Shown: one piece after another, positions 59,846-64,000 of the stretch
Layout: every line of letters begins with the position of its first letter
How positions within the stretch are numbered: the first letter of the stretch is position 1
Assembly: GCA_045654805.1 (NCBI GenBank)
Contig: JAZOOD010000027.1
Location: 1,719 to 65,718 of the forward strand
DNA length: 64,000 bases
Reading direction: 5' to 3'
Source of the DNA: Clostridia bacterium
GTDB taxonomy: Bacteria; Bacillota; Clostridia; Monoglobales; Firm-18
The notes under the pieces: generated by a model
The model's database searches: none
What the model saw: only the letters and a program-made list of their open reading frames with translations
What the model was told of the DNA's origin: nothing
Position numbers and translations under genes: made by a program

Positions 59846-60499
59846 TTGAATATGATGGAGAAATTTACAAATTTTAAAGAAAGAATAACTACAACAGCGG
59901 TTTATGAAACATATATTGACACAAAAGCATATATTCAACGTCATAAATTTTTATTATCTATTTTATTAGTTGTAAACTTTTCGATTATCCTTGCTCTGGT
60001 ACCGCTTTTTCACAATATAATTTATAAACCCCAAAACACTGAGCATTTTACTATAAATTCATCAATCAATGATTTTGAACAAAAAATCTATATTACTGTT
60101 ACGGGGGAAGTCAAGTATCCAGGTATGTACGAAATGACTACCGAAGACAGAATTGCAGATGCAATAGAAAAAGCCGGTGGATTTACCCAAAGAGCCTATA
60201 CAAGCAACATAAATCTTGCTCAGAAGTTAACTGATGAGCAATACATAAATGTATCACCATATGAAGAAACAACAAATAAATCCTCCTCTTCATACACTGA
60301 ATTTACCGGTATTGTTAACATCAATACTGCAACTGCAGATGAGCTTTGTAAATTACCTGGAATTGGGGAATCAACAGCAAACAGCATAATTGAATACAGA
60401 CAAAATGCAGGACAATTTAAACGAATTGAAGATATTCAAAATGTAAGAGGTATTGGAACTGAAAAATACAATAAAATTAAAAATAATATTACAATATAA
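59846..60499 (+). CDS. comEA: ComEA family DNA-binding protein
   Basis: TM segment, SLBB-like domain and a C-terminal HhH (LPGIGESTANSIIEYR). Confidence 0.85.
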   Translation: MNMMEKFTNFKERITTTAVYETYIDTKAYIQRHKFLLSILLVVNFSIILALVPLFHNIIYKPQNTEHFTINSSINDFEQKIYITVTGEVKYPGMYEMTTEDRIADAIEKAGGFTQRAYTSNINLAQKLTDEQYINVSPYEETTNKSSSSYTEFTGIVNINTATADELCKLPGIGESTANSIIEYRQNAGQFKRIEDIQNVRGIGTEKYNKIKNNITI

Positions 60500-60561
60500 T
60501 TATAGACATTTTTCTCCAAATATTGTATAATAAATAAAAATGAAAGAAAGGGAGTAAAAAT

Positions 60562-61191
60562 ATGAAAGAACTACATATTATGACACATCCTCTTATAAAG
60601 CATAAAATCACCATGTTGCGAGACGAAAACACAACAGATAAGGATTTTAGACTTTTAATACACGAAATCGCTTTATTGATGGGTTATGAAGCAACAAAAG
60701 ACCTTCCAGTTGTTGACCATAAAGTTATGACTCCTCTTGCAGAATGCAATGGTAAAATTGTTGAAAAACAGGTGGCACTTGTACCTATTTTAAGAGCAGG
60801 TCTTGGAATGGTAGATGCAATATTAGATCTTATTCCGGCAGCAAAGGTTGGCCACATTGGTTTGTACAGAGATCACGATACACTACAGCCCGTTGAATAC
60901 TACTGCAAAATGCCTACTGATATTGAACAAAGACAGGTTATAGTTTTAGACCCTATGCTTGCTACCGGCGGAAGTGCTATTGCCGCAATAGAATTAATTA
61001 AAAAACGTTATAATGTCAGCAAAATTAAATTTATGTGTATAATTGCCGCTCCTGAAGGTGTAAAAGCTATGCAGGAAGCACATCCTGATGTTGATATTTA
61101 TGTTGGAAATCTTGATGAGAAACTCAATGAAAACGGCTACATACTCCCCGGTCTTGGAGATGCCGGAGACAGAATTTTTGGTACAAGATAA
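60562..61191 (+). CDS. upp: uracil phosphoribosyltransferase
   Basis: [16 protein letters not shown] and PGLGDAGDR. Confidence 0.95.
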   Translation: MKELHIMTHPLIKHKITMLRDENTTDKDFRLLIHEIALLMGYEATKDLPVVDHKVMTPLAECNGKIVEKQVALVPILRAGLGMVDAILDLIPAAKVGHIGLYRDHDTLQPVEYYCKMPTDIEQRQVIVLDPMLATGGSAIAAIELIKKRYNVSKIKFMCIIAAPEGVKAMQEAHPDVDIYVGNLDEKLNENGYILPGLGDAGDRIFGTR

Positions 61192-61213
61192 CTTCATAAA
61201 TCACAAGATGACG

Positions 61214-61250
61214 AAAAAAGACATTATTCAAAGATGAATAATGTCTTTCT
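61214..61250 (+). terminator. terminator after upp
   Basis: AAGACATTATTCA/TGAATAATGTCTT stem followed by TCTT. Confidence 0.6.
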
Positions 61251-61326
61251 TGGAGCTGATAATGGGACTTGAACCCACGACTTCCACCTTACCAAGGTGG
61301 TACTCTACCGTCTGAGTTATATCAGC
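61251..61326 (-). tRNA. tRNA-Thr (anticodon GGU)
   Basis: 76 nt. GCTGATA...TT-GGT-AA anticodon loop, GTTCAAGTC T-loop and encoded CCA. Confidence 0.9.
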
Positions 61327-61337
61327 GAACAAAATAT

Positions 61338-61366
61338 ATTATATATAACATTTAATTGTTTGTCAA
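61338..61366 (-). promoter_or_regulatory. sigma-A promoter for tRNA-Thr
   Basis: TTGACA, 17 nt spacer, TATAAT on the minus strand. Confidence 0.6.
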
Positions 61367-61403
61367 GTAAAATGTATTTTATACAGCCTTACAGACAAAC
61401 GAG

Positions 61404-61432
61404 AAAAAGCTCTCGAACATCGAGAGCTTTTT
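61404..61432 (-). terminator. terminator after hup
   Basis: GCTCTCG/CGAGAGC stem flanked by A5 and T5. Confidence 0.65.
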
Positions 61433-61442
61433 ATAAATATAA

Positions 61443-61715
61443 TTATTTTATAGCGTCTTTGAAAGCTTTACCAGCCTTAAAAGCAGGAGCTTTAGAAGCA
61501 GCAATCTTAATTTCTTTTCCTGTCTGTGGGTTTCTACCTGTACGAGCAGCCTTGTTACGTACTTCGAAAGTACCAAAACCAACCAACTGTACCTTATCAC
61601 CTGATTTTAGAGCTTCTGTAATAGCTTCGATTGTAGCGTTCAAAGCCAAATCAGCATCCTTCTTTGTCATTGAAGCCTTTTCTGCAATAGCAGCAACCAA
61701 TTCTGTTCTTTTCAT
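61443..61715 (-). CDS. hup: DNA-binding protein HU
   Basis: [14 protein letters not shown]...[12 protein letters not shown]. Confidence 0.95.
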   Translation of the reverse strand: MKRTELVAAIAEKASMTKKDADLALNATIEAITEALKSGDKVQLVGFGTFEVRNKAARTGRNPQTGKEIKIAASKAPAFKAGKAFKDAIK

Positions 61716-61961
61716 TAATTATACCTCCTAAATTTATCTCATGCAACCGCATGTATTGTTCTTAAGTCATATTCATTTTACCACTTAGAATCAATAAATA
61801 CAATAGAATTTTAATATTTCTCTCAATTTTTAGTTAATTTTAATAAAAATAATATATAATTATTTGTTTAAAAATATTTTTTTAGTTTTTTTTTAGTGAA
61901 AAACACCAATAAAAATGTATTATTTCACTAAATAAAGAAACAATAAACACGAGGTGGTTAA

Positions 61962-62633
61962 ATGATGGATAATGAATCAAATGAAAATAAAAAAGAAAAA
62001 AAACTTGATGCAACTACACCTGTAATAAACGCACCCCACAACATACATTGTCTTACTATAATCGGACAAATTGAGGGACACAATATCTTGCCACAAAACA
62101 ATAAGGCAACTAAATACGAGGATGTTCTTCCTACTCTGATAAATATAGAAGAAAATAAAGATATTGAAGGTTTACTGATACTACTAAATACAGTAGGTGG
62201 TGATGTAGAGGCAGGTCTCGCAATAGCAGAGATGATTGCAAGTATGTCAAAACCTACTGTGTCAATAGTTTTGGGAGGTGGACACAGCATAGGTGTACCA
62301 CTTGCGGTAGCTTCTAATAAATCATTTATTGTGCCCAGCGCAACAATGACGATACACCCAATCAGAACAAATGGACTTGTAATAGGTGCCATACAAACCT
62401 ATGAATACTTTAACAAGGTACAGGACAGAGTAGTTTCATTTGTTGCAAAAAACAGTAAAATTTCAAAGGAAAAACTTTTATCTCTTATGATTGCTACAGG
62501 AATTATTGCTAATGATGTAGGTACAATTTTGTTCGGCGAAGAAGCTGTAAAATGCGGACTTATTGATTCTGTGGGTGGTATTTCCGACGCACTTTCTGAG
62601 CTTTATAAATTGATTGAAAATAAGCACACTTAA
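61962..62633 (+). CDS. tepA: ClpP-fold serine protease TepA family
   Basis: IHCLTIIGQIEGH and a ClpP-like core (NTVGGDVEAGLAI). Confidence 0.8.
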   Translation: MMDNESNENKKEKKLDATTPVINAPHNIHCLTIIGQIEGHNILPQNNKATKYEDVLPTLINIEENKDIEGLLILLNTVGGDVEAGLAIAEMIASMSKPTVSIVLGGGHSIGVPLAVASNKSFIVPSATMTIHPIRTNGLVIGAIQTYEYFNKVQDRVVSFVAKNSKISKEKLLSLMIATGIIANDVGTILFGEEAVKCGLIDSVGGISDALSELYKLIENKHT

Positions 62634-62742
62634 TTTTTTAAAAAAGTGTGTTTATTTTTTATAAAATTCATTGCTTTTTTACAAAAAATTAGGTATAATA
62701 CTATTAATTATGAAATTAAGTAAGGAAGGATTGAATTCAGCA

Positions 62743-63084
62743 ATGGAAAAAAACAAAATTACAATAACCATAAACAACAGGGACTATACCCTCGTATCAG
62801 CAGATACTAAAGAGCATATGGAGATGGTTGCTGAATATATTGACAAAAAAATTGGAGAAATAACATTTGCCAGCGGCGGCAGTCTGACTATTCAGGATAC
62901 ATCAATTTTAGCAGCAATAAATGTAGCTGATGACTATTTTAAAAGTGAAGAAACAGCAGATAATTTACGTTCTCAAATAAAACAGTACATAGATGAAGCA
63001 TCTGCTGCTTCCTTTAAGAACAGTCAGTTGGAAACTGAGGTTGCACGACTAAAAGCAGAAATCAGAGCTTTAAAGGAAAGATAG
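62743..63084 (+). CDS. zapA: cell division protein ZapA
   Basis: ITITINNRDYTLVS plus a C-terminal coiled coil. AAGGAAGGA SD. Confidence 0.85.
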   Translation: MEKNKITITINNRDYTLVSADTKEHMEMVAEYIDKKIGEITFASGGSLTIQDTSILAAINVADDYFKSEETADNLRSQIKQYIDEASAASFKNSQLETEVARLKAEIRALKER

Positions 63085-63091
63085 GCCAATT

Positions 63092-64000
63092 ATGATTAAT
63101 TGCGAATTACTTGCACCTGCAGGGAATATGAAATCACTAGAAGCTGCTGTACTCTGCGGAGCTGATGCTGTTTATCTCGGGGGTAGTTTATTTAACGCAA
63201 GAGCATCTGCCGTTAATTTTAATGACGATGAGCTTAAAGAAGCTGTAAACTTTTGTCATATTAGAAAAGTAAAAGTATATGTTACTGTAAACATTTTAAT
63301 ATCCGACAAAGAATTTGGAGAGCTTGATGCTTTCATACGCAAAATCAACAAAATTGGTGTTGATGGAGTGATTGTTCAGGATATAGGTGTTGCAATGTAT
63401 ATTAAAAAAATCGCACCCGATTTACACTTACATGCAAGCACACAGATGACTGTATATGATACAGAAGGCGCAAAATTTTTAAAAGATTTGGGATTTAAAA
63501 GAGTTGTACTTGCACGCGAGCTTTCTGCAGAAAAAATTAAAGAAATATCGCAAAATTCAGGTATCGAAACAGAAATCTTCGTGCACGGAGCAATGTGTCT
63601 TTGTTATTCCGGCCAATGTCTTATGTCCGGTATTATCGGTGGCAGAAGCGGAAACCGCGGCAAATGTGCCCAACCCTGTAGATTACAATATAGAATTGAC
63701 AACAAAAACGGATTTTTGATGAGTCTTAAGGATATGTGCCTTATTAGTCATCTTAAAGAAATTGAAAGATGCGGAGTTGCATCACTTAAAATTGAAGGCA
63801 GAATGAAAGGTCCGGAATATGTAGGTACAATTGTATCCATATATAAAAAATATCTTGAAAACGAAGCTGACGTTTCAAAGGAAGATTATAGCAGATTAGA
63901 AAAAGTCTTTTACAGAGGAGGTTTTTCTGATGGATATTTCCTGAATAAAAAGGGAAATGAAATGTTTTGTCATACAAAACCCGACAACCCCTACCTCCGT
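63092..64000 (+). CDS. peptidase U32 family protein (runs off the right edge)
   Basis: Absent from the ORF track because it is open at the edge. MINCELLAPAGNMKSLEAAV...HGAMCLCYSGQCLMS...SLKIEGRMK. Confidence 0.85.
   Translation, partial: MINCELLAPAGNMKSLEAAVLCGADAVYLGGSLFNARASAVNFNDDELKEAVNFCHIRKVKVYVTVNILISDKEFGELDAFIRKINKIGVDGVIVQDIGVAMYIKKIAPDLHLHASTQMTVYDTEGAKFLKDLGFKRVVLARELSAEKIKEISQNSGIETEIFVHGAMCLCYSGQCLMSGIIGGRSGNRGKCAQPCRLQYRIDNKNGFLMSLKDMCLISHLKEIERCGVASLKIEGRMKGPEYVGTIVSIYKKYLENEADVSKEDYSRLEKVFYRGGFSDGYFLNKKGNEMFCHTKPDNPYLR

Overview
AT-rich chromosome segment from a spore-forming Firmicute, probably a Clostridia-class organism. Sporulation genes present include spoVG, ylmC/ymxH, yunB, ytfI/ytfJ and sleB. 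From about 8.1 kb to 64 kb the window is ordinary conserved backbone, mostly on the minus strand. It carries pth-prs, ogg, an envelope operon (murJ, Wzy-like gene, GT4, two DUF4330 genes, murT-gatD), ireB, pheST, addAB, spoVG, murC, nrdR, ligA, gatCAB, yhbY, scpAB, uvrC and ptsH. It continues with a HemZ-like radical SAM gene, relA, recJ, a GldA/F/G-like ABC module plus DUF4340, hisS, engB, lon, sleB, comEA, upp, hup, tepA, zapA and a U32 peptidase. There are three tRNAs: Ser-GCU, Ser-UGA and Thr-GGU. The first 7.8 kb is accessory and is the interesting part. A CotJC-type manganese catalase (spore-coat) gene is split in frame into a 5' piece (1356-1517) and a 3' piece (7362-7766) by a 5.8-kb element. 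That element encodes a large serine recombinase, a second small serine recombinase, a 74-aa ORF, a YbjN-like protein and two lipoproteins. The lipoprotein genes sit behind a strongly structured, terminator-containing leader that I could not assign to a known riboswitch class. This layout matches developmentally excised intervening elements such as skin in sigK and SPbeta in spsM, but here in a cotJC-type gene. Immediately upstream of the 5' piece is the edge of a second integrative element (tyrosine integrase plus HExxH protease). I also found two small genes missing from the ORF track, one of them a 44-aa Asn/Gln-rich tandem-repeat protein behind a forespore-type promoter match. No CRISPR array, rRNA or recognisable defence system was seen.
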